A stretch of 64,000 nt of DNA, taken from a virus (lineage: Duplodnaviria > Caudoviricetes). Both the position numbers and the translations under genes were made by a program. The stretch lies in the IMG/VR virus record IMGVR_UViG_3300037422_000298, one strand, 5' to 3'. This document shows positions 22,089 to 32,763 of the stretch, piece by piece; the stretch's first letter is position 1; every line of letters starts with the position of its first letter. The notes below the pieces were generated by a model. It made no database searches and was not told where the DNA came from. It worked only from the letters and a program-made list of their open reading frames with translations.

Positions 22089-24740
22089 ATGACCGACGTT
22101 CGCAAGACCTTGCTCGATTCGATGCAGCGCTCGTCGTTGCTGGGTAAGCCTCACGCAAAGCGTACGGATCTGACGAGTCTCGCTGCTTCGGCGTCGCATG
22201 CGATGCAGATGCGCGACGACGATTCGTGGCGACAGTTCCTCGATCAGGTTCTTCGCGACCTGAAAGACGTCGATCGCGCAACGCTGCAACAGCTTGCTGA
22301 AGAAGCTGATCAGCTCCGTGAAGGCAACGTCAAGTCCGACGCGCGCGTTAAGTTTGCGCAGAAGGTGATCGCGCTCGCGACGGGCGACCGGCCGTTCGCG
22401 CTCGATGTCGCCGAGGCACCGACGGATCCGTTCGTCGCGCTCCAACGGCGCACACAAGAAGTCACGGCGCGGATTCGCAGTCGCGAAGCAGACGTACAAC
22501 GCGTCGAGGCCGAAGCGCGGCAACTCCTACAGCGCCATCAAGCGAATCCGACCGCGACGTCGATCACCGAGATCGAAGCGCTCGAAACCAAGCTGCGCGG
22601 TCTTAGGGCCGAGATCGAAGGGTTCAAGCGTGAGATGGCGATGCTGGAGACGCTCTCGGCAGAGAAGAACGCCGACAACGACGTCCGCGACATCACCATC
22701 ACCGTCGGCTATCTGCCGTATCCGGCGGTCTCTGGGCCGATCCCGGTCTACCCGGTCATCATCGTCGAGTTTGCCAACGTGGCCAACTTCAAGGCCGACC
22801 AGCTCCGTCAATTGGAGTTAGCGATCGACGAAGACGGCCGCTACAAGCTCTACGCGAACGGCGATGAAGACGGCGCGTTTGCAGAAACCGACGAGCCCGT
22901 CGAGACCACCTCGCACAACGCGTTTCAACGGCTCGCCAAGCACTGGGGCTACTGGTTTCTGCGCGTGTGTGGAACGCTGAACGAGTGGGACTTTCAGATC
23001 ATCGGCAACAAGGTCTACCCGCTTCAGCATCCCATCGAATCGACGCTGTCGGTCATCGAAGGCACGCGCGAAGATGCGTACGCGCTCGTTGCAGTGGGAT
23101 CGCGTCACCACGATCGGGTCGCGGTCCGTGCCGAAGCCGAGAAGCTATGTGATCGCTTCGAGACGCTCGTCGGCAAACTGCCGGTCAAGCGTCGGGGGTT
23201 GCAACACACCAAGGGCATCGTTCACGCGCGCGTCGTCCAAAAGAACCTGAAGGACATGAACGCGAACGCACAGTGGGTGCGGCTCGACGAAGACAAGCTC
23301 GTAGCGCAGCTCAAGAAGATCATGGGTGGTCCATTCATCTCGGTCGTCTGGGAGCGCGTCCGTACCGGCGTCGACTTCGTGCAACTGATGCCTCGGACCG
23401 AAGGCAATCGCGGTCCCGACATCTGGCTGCGCGCGAAGCACGGCTACAAGGCTTGCAGCAATCACGCACACAAGATTCAGGCATTCGGACAAGAGCTGCC
23501 GCTCGAAGACTTCAAGCCCGAGAACGTCGAGAGCCTTCGCGAAGAGGACGTGGCCAATGTCCGCCACTTCTATCAGGTTCCGAGCGACCGCTTGCGCGGC
23601 GCGAAAGCGTCACGCATCGAAGCGAGCACCGACACGCCTGCAGGTGAAGTCGACAGGCAGACGCACGAAGCAATCGTTCAGAACTACCTGCGGCTCTGCC
23701 AAGTGGTGCGTGTCGCCGCGAGCGGCAATGACGCCAACGCTCAGAAAGTATGGCCGCTGCTTCGCGACGCCGTGATCTTCGAGCTTCCGACGGCTGCGTA
23801 CTTGACGCTCTACGAGGAGTTCTTCCGCTACTGCGTTCGCTCGGCGAAAGTCGATCCCGATGTCCCGTTGAACCAGCACAGCGAGAAGCAGCGCAAGCGT
23901 GTGATGGACGTAATCGGTACCGGTGCCGATGCGCCATTCCCCGAGAAGCTGCCGTTCAAGTCGTGCTTCTTCGCGTATGGCGCGGGCGTCAACGACGATC
24001 CCAACAGCGAATTGTTGGAGAGCGAGATGCGCGCGCGAGAAGGCGGCGACGTTCCGCCGAGCGTCGGCAAGCTCTACGGCCATCTCGTGACGGAGAAGGG
24101 CATCGTCGTCAACTTCCGTTACATCGAGAACATTCACGACGGCCAAGCGGGTGTTGTCTTCGTGTTCGATCGCGATCCGTCGTCGGTAAAAGGCGAGAAG
24201 TGGGACCGCCCGCATTCGATGTCGCCGTGGATCATCAACGCACTCGTGTCGTACGTGAACGAGCACAAGAAGTTGGTCGAAGCAGGCAAGAACGGCTTCG
24301 GGTATCAGTCGCTCATCAAGAAGACGGCCAAGGGCCTGTCGATGAAGCCGCCAATTCCGCCGCCGTTCTACGTCGTCTACTTGAAGGACGAACTGGTCCG
24401 CGAACAGGCTCGGCAGCGCGCGTCGTCGATCAAGCGACATATCGACTGGCAGCACCGTTGGCAGGTGCGCGGGCATGACTGTCTTCGGTTCATGCGTGGA
24501 CCGTTGCCGCTTGATCCCGAGCTGGAGCAAGAACTGCGGGCGCGCAGGTACAAGATCTTCACCGTCGAGCAGCCCGATTCGGAGACGTTCATGGCGCTCG
24601 CCAAGCGAGGCGTGCCGCCCAAGGGCAGCGACGAGTGGATCGCGGTGCTCGCGTACTGGCGCGACAGTTTCACGAAAGGTCCGTCCGACAAGCCGCTGAT
24701 CGAGAGCGTCCGACGGTCGACGAAGACGTGGGGCGAATAG
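22089..24740 (+). CDS. Large hypothetical protein (883 aa), N-terminal coiled coil
   Basis: Long clean ORF; C-terminal HRWQVRGH...WRDSFTKGP. Confidence 0.75.
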   Translation: MTDVRKTLLDSMQRSSLLGKPHAKRTDLTSLAASASHAMQMRDDDSWRQFLDQVLRDLKDVDRATLQQLAEEADQLREGNVKSDARVKFAQKVIALATGDRPFALDVAEAPTDPFVALQRRTQEVTARIRSREADVQRVEAEARQLLQRHQANPTATSITEIEALETKLRGLRAEIEGFKREMAMLETLSAEKNADNDVRDITITVGYLPYPAVSGPIPVYPVIIVEFANVANFKADQLRQLELAIDEDGRYKLYANGDEDGAFAETDEPVETTSHNAFQRLAKHWGYWFLRVCGTLNEWDFQIIGNKVYPLQHPIESTLSVIEGTREDAYALVAVGSRHHDRVAVRAEAEKLCDRFETLVGKLPVKRRGLQHTKGIVHARVVQKNLKDMNANAQWVRLDEDKLVAQLKKIMGGPFISVVWERVRTGVDFVQLMPRTEGNRGPDIWLRAKHGYKACSNHAHKIQAFGQELPLEDFKPENVESLREEDVANVRHFYQVPSDRLRGAKASRIEASTDTPAGEVDRQTHEAIVQNYLRLCQVVRVAASGNDANAQKVWPLLRDAVIFELPTAAYLTLYEEFFRYCVRSAKVDPDVPLNQHSEKQRKRVMDVIGTGADAPFPEKLPFKSCFFAYGAGVNDDPNSELLESEMRAREGGDVPPSVGKLYGHLVTEKGIVVNFRYIENIHDGQAGVVFVFDRDPSSVKGEKWDRPHSMSPWIINALVSYVNEHKKLVEAGKNGFGYQSLIKKTAKGLSMKPPIPPPFYVVYLKDELVREQARQRASSIKRHIDWQHRWQVRGHDCLRFMRGPLPLDPELEQELRARRYKIFTVEQPDSETFMALAKRGVPPKGSDEWIAVLAYWRDSFTKGPSDKPLIESVRRSTKTWGE

Positions 24741-26273
24741 ATGGGCCGTCGAGGCACACTCAGTCAACTGTTGCGCAGCGGTCGCGGGCCGCGCCCTCGC
24801 TCAAACGGCGCACACACTGGACCGTTGCGCAAGATCATATCGACAGAGTATCGCGGCGACACACCCTTCGAGACGTTGGCGTGTGGTCACGTGATCATGG
24901 CGAAGCGCGATCTCATGGGCTTCACCAACGCTGTTCGTCGACGGTGCTGGAAGTGCAAGCAATGACCCTCACCGAGGCGCAGAACTGGATCTCGGCGCAC
25001 GCCGTGATCGAGCAGGGCTACTACCTCGACGGCGACAACGGGCAACCGAACCCGTCCGTTGTGTACTGCCGCAAGCACGCCAGTACGATGGCGCGGCGAC
25101 TTACCAAGAATCGTCGCAAGACGATCTTGGAGGTCCAGTACAACTACTGCGAAGCCTGGGGCGGCAGTGATCTCGTCGAGTGGTGCGGCATCAAGAGTTG
25201 CGGCATCACGCTCGACAGCGGTGGCCTGACCGACGATGGCGTGCGTTGGGCGCTTGGCATGGATGAGGAGCACCCGGTTTCGTTCGTCGCGAGCATCGAC
25301 GAGTTAGAGTTGGTTCAGCGCGCGATGAAAGGAAACTCCGTTCGACTGCAAACCAAATACAACTGGCAGCTCTGGCTCTCGCAGGTGCTTCGTCGGCAGA
25401 AGGGCATCACGAAGAAACAGCGTCTCGCGTTCGAGGCTGCGTGGCTGGTCGGTGAAACGGCCTTCGCCCTCGATCTTCTACGTCGTCGACGGAGGGCATG
25501 ATGCCGCGGCACCGCTTGATGATGTGGATGGACCCGCGCAACGCGGTCGCGTTCGCGGCCGAGATCGCCGAACTGGCAATCATCCGTTGGCGCGACGAGC
25601 TACGTGACGAAATCTACGACGTCGTCGCGATGCAGCTACACGCGAATCGCGCGTTCGAGCTAAACCGTGCCGATGATGCTGTTCGCGATCGCTACGCCAA
25701 ATTTCAAGATGGCGAGGCTGGAAAATTGTATCGGCTGTTTCGTGCGCGCTGGGGCGACGGGCACTCCGTGCGCGCCGTGTTCAAGCTCGTCGACGACGTC
25801 GGCCATGCGTGGCAGCGCCCCGAAGGTTGTATCAGCGCCGTCTACCGTCATGCCGTGCGCACGGGGCTTCGACTCGACCTGGTGCAGGGTGCAGAGATGT
25901 CGTACCGGTTCCGCGATCAGGATCCTGAAGGCGTTCTCGACGAGGATCATCGCTTGGCGTTCGAGGCCGCGTGGTTGACGGGCAATCATCGATTCGCCAT
26001 GAAGCTGCTGCATTCTGGTTTGCTGGAGCGAACCGTATGAGCAAACACTGGCTGCGTCAGATCGAAGACCTGCGTCCCGGCGATGCGTGCGAGTTTCGCT
26101 ACCCAGCGCGCACCGAATGGCGTCGCGCGACCGTTCGTGTGAACGGCATGCACAGCTGGTGGACGGTTTTCGACGAGATCGAAAACAAGATCGTCGAGGG
26201 GCTTTACATCGAGATGATCCGGTTGCCGGGTCAGACGGAAGCGTGGGCACACACGCAACGAGGCCCACGATGA
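24741..26273 (+). other. Hypothetical genes (24741-24965, 24962-25501, 25498-26040, 26037-26273)
   Basis: Overlap chain; two share an RLAFEAAWL motif. Confidence 0.55.
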
Positions 26274-26803
26274 AGATCAAGCTCGTAGAAAGATTGCCGC
26301 CAAAACCACGCCTTCGCGATCTGGCTTGGCTTGCCGGACTCTACGAAGGCGAAGGTAGTTGCAGCATCGTCCGCCGATATAGCAACCGACCGGCGGCGCG
26401 TTTTCACTTGGCGAGTACGGATCGTGACGTCGTGGAGCGTGCGCAGCGTATCGCTGGAATGGGTTCCATTTCGTCGTCGCAGAAACCCAAGGGTAAATTC
26501 AAACGCAGACCCAAACGTACCTATCTGTGGGAGGTATCGCGAAGGGCGCACGTCACGCGGCTGATCCTATGGTTGCTGCCATTTGCATGTGAACGTCGCC
26601 GTGCACGTCTTGAAGAGGCGTACGCAGTAATGACGGCTCCGATGCCGTGCAAGTTCGGCGGACACATCCTCACAGCGAAGAACACTGGAAGGTGGCCCGG
26701 CGGCAGTAAGAAGTGCCTCGACTGTGCTCGTATCGCGAGGGCGCGGAAAATCGTACTCCAACAGAAACGCCGCGCACAGACGCGCCTTCGGAGGCGATCG
26801 TGA
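26270..26803 (+). CDS. LAGLIDADG homing endonuclease with C-terminal Cys/His motif
   Basis: LAWLAGLYEGEGSC; STDRDVVER; CKFGGH...CLDC. Confidence 0.8.
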   Translation: MKIKLVERLPPKPRLRDLAWLAGLYEGEGSCSIVRRYSNRPAARFHLASTDRDVVERAQRIAGMGSISSSQKPKGKFKRRPKRTYLWEVSRRAHVTRLILWLLPFACERRRARLEEAYAVMTAPMPCKFGGHILTAKNTGRWPGGSKKCLDCARIARARKIVLQQKRRAQTRLRRRS

Positions 26804-27177
26804 GAGTCAAGATCGTCGAGGTGACGAACGGGATCGCCAACTGGGGCAAATTTTTGCTCGGCCGCTTCGACACGGAGTGGGACTACAAGTCCGCCATCGA
26901 CGGCATCTCGATCATCGCCGGTCGCGGCTGGAGCCTCGATCACTTCCTCCTGCTCGATCTACAAACTGGCGAAGGTGCGATCTTCCGTCCAGGCGGCCTC
27001 GCAAAAGCGGACCTCGACAAGCATCGGATCTGGGTCTGTCCGATGTACGAGCCGTTCCTGACTTGGCTCTACAAGCAGCCTGACCCGTTTGCGATCCCGA
27101 CACACGTCGACTTGCCCGATGCCGAGTTTGCGTTCGCTGGCTATCGACGACCAGGACCCGCCGACGAGACGCGATGA
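26800..27177 (+). CDS. Hypothetical phage protein
   Basis: GGAGG RBS, GTGA overlap. Confidence 0.6.
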   Translation: MRVKIVEVTNGIANWGKFLLGRFDTEWDYKSAIDGISIIAGRGWSLDHFLLLDLQTGEGAIFRPGGLAKADLDKHRIWVCPMYEPFLTWLYKQPDPFAIPTHVDLPDAEFAFAGYRRPGPADETR

Positions 27178-27476
27178 AGAAGCCCTGCAACAACTGCCCG
27201 TTCCGACCCCGTACGTTCACGCCGCTCAGCGGCGAAGACGTCGCAGCAATGCTCGACGAGGTCATGGGTCGGCCGTCGTTCTTCATGTACTGCCACAAGG
27301 ACATGTTGCTTCAGGACGTCGAATGTACAGGCTCGGTGCTTTTCAAGAAGAGCGACCAGAGCGGCGAGGTTTTCAAAGACGAGAAGGCGCTCGTCCGTGC
27401 GCACGCACGGACGCGACGTCCGACAGAATTTCACTGGCGCCGCGACGAGTGCTTCGAAATCGACGAGGACACATGA
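27174..27476 (+). CDS. DUF6283-like Cys/His protein
   Basis: KPCNNCPFR...YCHK...ECTG. Confidence 0.5.
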   Translation: MKKPCNNCPFRPRTFTPLSGEDVAAMLDEVMGRPSFFMYCHKDMLLQDVECTGSVLFKKSDQSGEVFKDEKALVRAHARTRRPTEFHWRRDECFEIDEDT

Positions 27477-28107
27477 TCACTCTCAACAAACGTGAATGCA
27501 GAGCGCTCTACCTCGCGCTTCACCGTGGCGCTCAACGTGAAGGTGAAGACGTTCTCGGGCTGATCCTGAAGACGTCGGGTGCACAGATCCTCGACGGCGA
27601 CAGTGAAATTTGTGCACTGGTTGACAAAATTCGATGTGGGGCGGCCGAACAGAAGTATCCGCTCTACGAGATGAAGTTCGAAGACGGCGCGCACTACCTA
27701 CCGCTCGATGAAGCGGCGTCCTGGTACGACTGCGGCTGGCTCAAGGTCGAGATCGGCAACTGGGTTCTCACGCGCGATTCAAAGTCCGTTGAAGACGTCC
27801 CCAATACCCGTCGAGCGATGACTGCAGGCGATCGCGAAGTGATTCGTTACGCGGCTGATCGCCACAGCGAGAGCAAATGACACGCTTCCAACAGTGGCTT
27901 TACAAGCTCGGCTTCGGTCGCTTCAAGCGCTTTCGTCGCTGGGTCGGCGGTGTGTGGATCGATCGCTACATCGAACCGACGCCGCATTCGTCGGAGTGTC
28001 CATATTGGAAATGGATGTTCGATCCGGGCGCGCGATTTGACGACCGCGCGGGCGCCATCGAACAGTGGCCAGTGAAGCTGCCGAAGGCACGGAGCCTCAA
28101 GTCATGA
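27473..28107 (+). other. Two hypothetical genes (27473-27880, 27877-28107)
   Basis: Overlap chain. Confidence 0.5.
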
Positions 28108-28472
28108 CACTCGACGAGTTCATTGCAGAGAGTGTCGAACGACTTACTGCCAGCAACGTCGCGTCGCGGATGCACATCAAGGAACCCGGCTTCGACGTGT
28201 TGTATGTTCGACTCGCGCGGCGCTGCATCGACGGTGTGGCGCACAAGCCTGTGTTGGACATCGCGGACGCGGCTGTTCAAACGACCCATCGAGGGCGCGG
28301 CGTGTTCACCGACTTCCTCGATCGCGTGCGCGATCAGTATCCGGCGCTGCACCTCTACGTCGAGAACGTGATGGAAGAGCGCTTTCAGAAACACCTCGAA
28401 CGCTACGGCTTCACTGTCGTCGAACCACGCCTCGACCCGCCGTGCTACTTCTTGCCCGCGAGGACACCATGA
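28104..28472 (+). CDS. GNAT-like N-acetyltransferase
   Basis: VQTTHRGRGVF (motif A, R-G-x-G) and LERYGF. Confidence 0.6.
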   Translation: MTLDEFIAESVERLTASNVASRMHIKEPGFDVLYVRLARRCIDGVAHKPVLDIADAAVQTTHRGRGVFTDFLDRVRDQYPALHLYVENVMEERFQKHLERYGFTVVEPRLDPPCYFLPARTP

Positions 28473-28732
28473 CCGATCGCATTCGCCATCTCACCATCAC
28501 GCTCGACGAAGACACACGTACCGATGATCTCGATTCGATCGTGTCGGCGATCTTGCACATTCGCGGCGTAGCAAACGTCGAACGCCACGTCGTGCGATTC
28601 GAAGATCACCTCGCGCGCGAAGCGGTCCGTGCTGAGATTCGACACGACTTGCACGAAGCGATCGAGCGCGCTTTCAATCGCAAGGGTCTCGAACGAAGCC
28701 TCGCCGAGCGCAAGGACAGGGACAAAGCGTGA
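28469..28732 (+). CDS. Hypothetical protein
   Basis: GAGG RBS, overlap. Confidence 0.55.
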   Translation: MTDRIRHLTITLDEDTRTDDLDSIVSAILHIRGVANVERHVVRFEDHLAREAVRAEIRHDLHEAIERAFNRKGLERSLAERKDRDKA

Positions 28733-29136
28733 TGCTGCAACGTACACCACAAACCTTCGAGCCTGCGAACGACTACGCGTTCATGCACGGCGAGACGTAC
28801 TGTGGGGCCGTCCCCGAAGGTGACGGCAGCTATCCGCACCACTGTCTGCACGGCGCATCGACAGGCGACGACCTGGCGTGCTGCTGGTGCGGTGACGTCT
28901 TCGTCGGTGATGGTAACCACACCGTACACGGTGACAACTTCCATCCGTTGACCAAACGCGAAGTCGAAGTCGCGCAGCTGCTTGCCGACGGGCTGATCAA
29001 CAAGACCATCGCCGTGAAGCTCAAGATCTCGCCGTTCACGGTCAACTTCCACGTCGACAACATCATCAAGAAGCTCGGTGGGAAGAACCGCGTCGCGGCG
29101 ATCGCGGCAGCGATTCGACGAGGCATCATCCCGTGA
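28729..29136 (+). CDS. LuxR-type HTH regulator with Cys/His N-terminus
   Basis: LTKREVEVAQLLADGLINKTIA...ISPFTVNFHVDNIIKKLG..NR. Confidence 0.85.
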   Translation: MMLQRTPQTFEPANDYAFMHGETYCGAVPEGDGSYPHHCLHGASTGDDLACCWCGDVFVGDGNHTVHGDNFHPLTKREVEVAQLLADGLINKTIAVKLKISPFTVNFHVDNIIKKLGGKNRVAAIAAAIRRGIIP

Positions 29137-29579
29137 CGACGATCGCTGAATTGGTCCAGCACTGCGACGACGCACTGAAAGACCACCAGCGCGTGACACC
29201 GGGCCCGTGGCAGTGGTGGACGAGCAATTCGGTTCGGCGTCTTAGCAGCCCCAAAGGCGACGGCGATGTTCTACACGGCTCACGGCATCCAATCGACGGT
29301 GTCGTCGACATCGTCGGCAACGAGCACGACAAGAACTTCATCGCAGCTGTGCGCGTGCGCGAGCCGATCATCGCGGACTCACTGCGCGAGCTGCTCAAGG
29401 CACTAGAAACGTGTTTCGATAACAACGGCCTCTCGGCCGACGGCTTCATCGAGATCCTCGAATCGAACCGACGTCTGCGTACCAAGCTCGGCGAGGCGTG
29501 CGATTTGGCAGAAACACTGCTTGGCGACAAGAACGATCCACGGATCGCTGAACTTCGTCAGGAGGCAACGAAACGATGA
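29133..29579 (+). CDS. Ead/Ea22-like phage protein
   Basis: TPGPW...NFIAA pattern. Confidence 0.45.
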   Translation: MTTIAELVQHCDDALKDHQRVTPGPWQWWTSNSVRRLSSPKGDGDVLHGSRHPIDGVVDIVGNEHDKNFIAAVRVREPIIADSLRELLKALETCFDNNGLSADGFIEILESNRRLRTKLGEACDLAETLLGDKNDPRIAELRQEATKR

Positions 29580-30415
29580 TCAAGCTCGGTATCGGAATCC
29601 CGGCATACGGCTCTCACCTCGATGTCGGTCACGCGGCCATGTGGCTCGGGCTCGGCGCGGCGCTGCTCGAAGCGCGCGACAAGGTCACGTTGCATTGGTT
29701 CGCCGAGTACCATATCAACGGCATCGATCTGTGCCGCAACACGATCGTCTACGACGCGATGCAAGCGGGCTGTGACTGGGTCTTCATGATCGACGCCGAT
29801 ACGTTTCATCGCTCGACGGGCGAGAACGGTGTCGCTGACGCGATGGCCGACGCCGGAGTCGACATCATCCAGATGATCCGTGACGCCGATCGTGGCCAGT
29901 ATCCACACTGGACCGGTGATCGCCACGAGCTGCGTCCGATCTCGATGCCGCGCGCGGACCGCCATAACGGCGTCGCACTCGTCGGCGCACCAGTTCGCGG
30001 TCGCGGGGGTGCACAAGGCGTCTGCGTACAAGAATTGATCGAGTACACGGGCGATCCCGGTGATGACAGCCGACCGTTCCGCGTCGGTGGGATGCTGCCA
30101 CTCGAACGTATCCGTGGACACGTCTTCTCGGTTGGCCGTATCGGCGGCGCGTGCATCGCCGTGAACTGTGGCTGGCTGCGCAAGTACTGGCCCAAGGCGC
30201 CGTGGTTTGTCATGGAGCACGACTACAGCGAACGGCCATCCAACGCGCGCGGCGAGGACTACTCGATCTGCGACGGCATCTGGGAGCGCGGCGGCGTCGT
30301 GCTCTGCGACGGCCGGTTCGTGCCAGAGCACGTCGATCGTCGACGACTCGTAGGCGAAGACGACGAAGACGACGAATACGAGGAGGTCGTCGAAAAGACG
30401 ATTCCTACACTGTGA
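29576..30415 (+). CDS. GT-A fold (family 2-like) glycosyltransferase
   Basis: IGIPAY, CRNTIV, FMIDAD (DxD), GEDYSIC. Confidence 0.75.
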   Translation: MIKLGIGIPAYGSHLDVGHAAMWLGLGAALLEARDKVTLHWFAEYHINGIDLCRNTIVYDAMQAGCDWVFMIDADTFHRSTGENGVADAMADAGVDIIQMIRDADRGQYPHWTGDRHELRPISMPRADRHNGVALVGAPVRGRGGAQGVCVQELIEYTGDPGDDSRPFRVGGMLPLERIRGHVFSVGRIGGACIAVNCGWLRKYWPKAPWFVMEHDYSERPSNARGEDYSICDGIWERGGVVLCDGRFVPEHVDRRRLVGEDDEDDEYEEVVEKTIPTL

Positions 30416-30723
30416 AGAACCTCCTCAAGCTCGCAACCGTCGCGCTGATCGCGAATGCGATCAGCTGTAGGTACGATCCATCTCGTACGCCCAGTAGTGA
30501 CGACCCCGACGCAGGTGCGTGCGTCGACACGGATGCAACCTGCGCTATGCCCGATGCCGTGCCCAATGACGCGGTCGTCGACGGTCCACCCAACGACGCC
30601 GTCGGTTGCACGACGCACATCGAGTGCCATCAGATGACGGCTGGAACGTGCTGCGTGGATCCTGGCCCGACAGGGCAGTGCGTTCCCGGCACGATCATCG
30701 CGACCGTGTGCGTCCCAGATTGA
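30412..30723 (+). CDS. Cys-rich putative lipoprotein
   Basis: Signal-like N-terminus ending AIS-C, PDA-rich linker, Cys-rich C-terminus. Confidence 0.55.
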   Translation: MKNLLKLATVALIANAISCRYDPSRTPSSDDPDAGACVDTDATCAMPDAVPNDAVVDGPPNDAVGCTTHIECHQMTAGTCCVDPGPTGQCVPGTIIATVCVPD

Positions 30724-30790
30724 TCGCGCACGCGATCGACCGTGCCAACACGCTCTTGACTTGTCCACAGATGAGAATATGCTCTTGACA
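30722..30790 (+). promoter_or_regulatory. GATCGC-N4-GCGATC palindrome plus tandem TTGACT/TTGACA promoter elements
   Basis: Palindrome 30722-30737; TTGACT 30756, TATGCT 30778, TTGACA 30785. Confidence 0.5.
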
Positions 30791-30837
30791 AGAACGGAAA
30801 GGGCCGCGATTCAACCAACCCACGCGGCAGTGAAGTG

Positions 30838-31852
30838 ATGAGCAGCAGTAACGTACGAGCAGTCCCAACCTCAACCGAAGGTCTTCGAGCCGCAGCACAC
30901 GACATCGCCAACATGCTCGCGACCAGCGACGTCGGCGGCGAGTGCTATCACGGCGGTCAACACGCGTGCTTTTCGCGACAAGGGCGCAAGCCGTTGCCGC
31001 TCTACAAGGTCGAAGAAATGTGTGAGCGCTGCGCGGCGTCGTGGCACGCCGTGATGGCCGCAACGCTCCTCGACTCGGTCGTCATCTCGCAACAGTTCCT
31101 CGGCCTCGAACCGACCACGAAGCTCGAACAGCACTTCCTTCACAGCAGCAACGGCGCGGCAGTCGTCGGCGCGACAGTGGCTGCGAAGGCCAGGCGTCAG
31201 CCAGCAGTGCCGCCGAAGGCGCGCAAGCGGAAGGTGAAGGTCAAGGAGTCGACGCGATTCTCAAGGGAGCCGCCGGAGGCCGTGGATGACGCGTTCAGTT
31301 TGAGCGTCGAGCCGCAGAAGCAGTCCAAGCAGTACTCGGTGGAGGAACGCAAGCAGATCGCCGAGTACTACAAGACGCTGCCGCGCAGTCAGAAGGCGCC
31401 GTTCAATCGACGCTACAACGTGAAGGTCTGGCAGATGCGGGACTGGGCGAAGTGATCTGATGATGACCATCAAGAATCTGTCGTCCGCGGATCCGCGGAT
31501 TCGCGACATTGTCAAAAAGCATCTTCGGGCAGCACGATCTGCAATCTCCGAGGAGATCGCACGCGAGCTGACGGAACCACTGCTCGAACAGTGGGGACTG
31601 ACGCGCGAAGATCTCGCGACGCCGTACAACGAAGTGCCCGAAGCCGCACAGGCACGTGAGCCGGTCACCTCGGCAACGTTGATCTACGATTTCGACAACG
31701 CGGACAGACCCAGCGACGAGTCGCAGAACTTCTCGAACATCCACCGTCGATCTGTGACGACGCATCTGCGATTCTGCACGAGCGCACCTGCTTTGGCGCC
31801 GCCGCGTGCGAAGCGCAAGCGCAAGACTCGTCAACCCAAGAAGAAGCCATGA
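30838..31852 (+). other. Two hypothetical genes (30838-31455, 31460-31852)
   Basis: Clean ORFs downstream of promoter. Confidence 0.55.
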
Positions 31853-32763
31853 CCGCACTCGAAACCGCCGTCTCGCGAAGCACCAAGCTCCGACCACGTA
31901 CGAAGGAGCTGTACCTGCAGCACGTTCGCGCGTTCCTCTCGTTCATGCGGGAGGAAAACGGTGAAGAGGCCACCGACAGCTACGATCCGAAGCCGTCGGA
32001 GTTCACGTCCGATATCGCAACCGCGTGGCGCGACGACATGCGCAAGCGCAAGATCCGGCCAGAGAGCGTGAACGTTGCACTCAACGCGCTTCGCTACGCG
32101 GCACAACGTGCAGGCTACACGTTCGTCGAGAATGTCGAGCGACTTCAAGTTCGACGCCGCACGCAATCACGGAGCAAGGACCAGGCGCTCGACTGGAAGG
32201 ACGGTCGCAAGCTCGTGGCCGCCTGCGACGGTCCGAAGGGACGTGATCTTCGTGATCGTGCCATCGTCACGCTCGGGCTGCGAACAGGCATGTTGCGCTT
32301 CTCGATGTGCCAGCTCGACTTCAAGGACATCACCAAAGGCTCGCTGACCTTCACCAAGAAGGGCGGCGAACAGCACACGATCGCACTCGACGACGTTACC
32401 AACGAAGCGCTGCGTGCGTGGATGCGCTGGCTGGCTGCACGCGACGTCAAGGACGGCTTCGTGTTCCGTTCGCTTGGACGACAGCGCGTCAGCCCGAGGG
32501 ACGATGTCGCCATCGGCGATCAGCTGACACCAGACGGTCTGTACCGCGCTCTTCGCGAACGCGCACGCAAAGCCCAACTCGATGACCTACACCCGCACGT
32601 GTTTCGGAAGACGTTCCTGGCGTGGGTCAAGAAGGTGGGCGCGAAGCCACTCCAAATCGAAGCGGTCACTGGGCACAAGTCAGATGGCGTCGGCGGCGAA
32701 GGCGACATCGCGACACCTCCTGCGAACATGCTGCTGCCGTCGTGGGAAGACCGTCTCAAGTGA
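31849..32763 (+). CDS. Tyrosine recombinase/integrase-family protein, apparently lacking catalytic Tyr
   Basis: LRDRAIV..GLRTGMLR, KKGG, LHPHVFR, VTGH; no Tyr after the last His. Confidence 0.8.
   Translation: MTALETAVSRSTKLRPRTKELYLQHVRAFLSFMREENGEEATDSYDPKPSEFTSDIATAWRDDMRKRKIRPESVNVALNALRYAAQRAGYTFVENVERLQVRRRTQSRSKDQALDWKDGRKLVAACDGPKGRDLRDRAIVTLGLRTGMLRFSMCQLDFKDITKGSLTFTKKGGEQHTIALDDVTNEALRAWMRWLAARDVKDGFVFRSLGRQRVSPRDDVAIGDQLTPDGLYRALRERARKAQLDDLHPHVFRKTFLAWVKKVGAKPLQIEAVTGHKSDGVGGEGDIATPPANMLLPSWEDRLK

Noticed and set aside
31849-32763. Prophage boundary/att site at the integrase-like gene
   Set aside because: Gene is mid-operon, appears catalytically incomplete, and no flanking direct repeat or host genes are visible.
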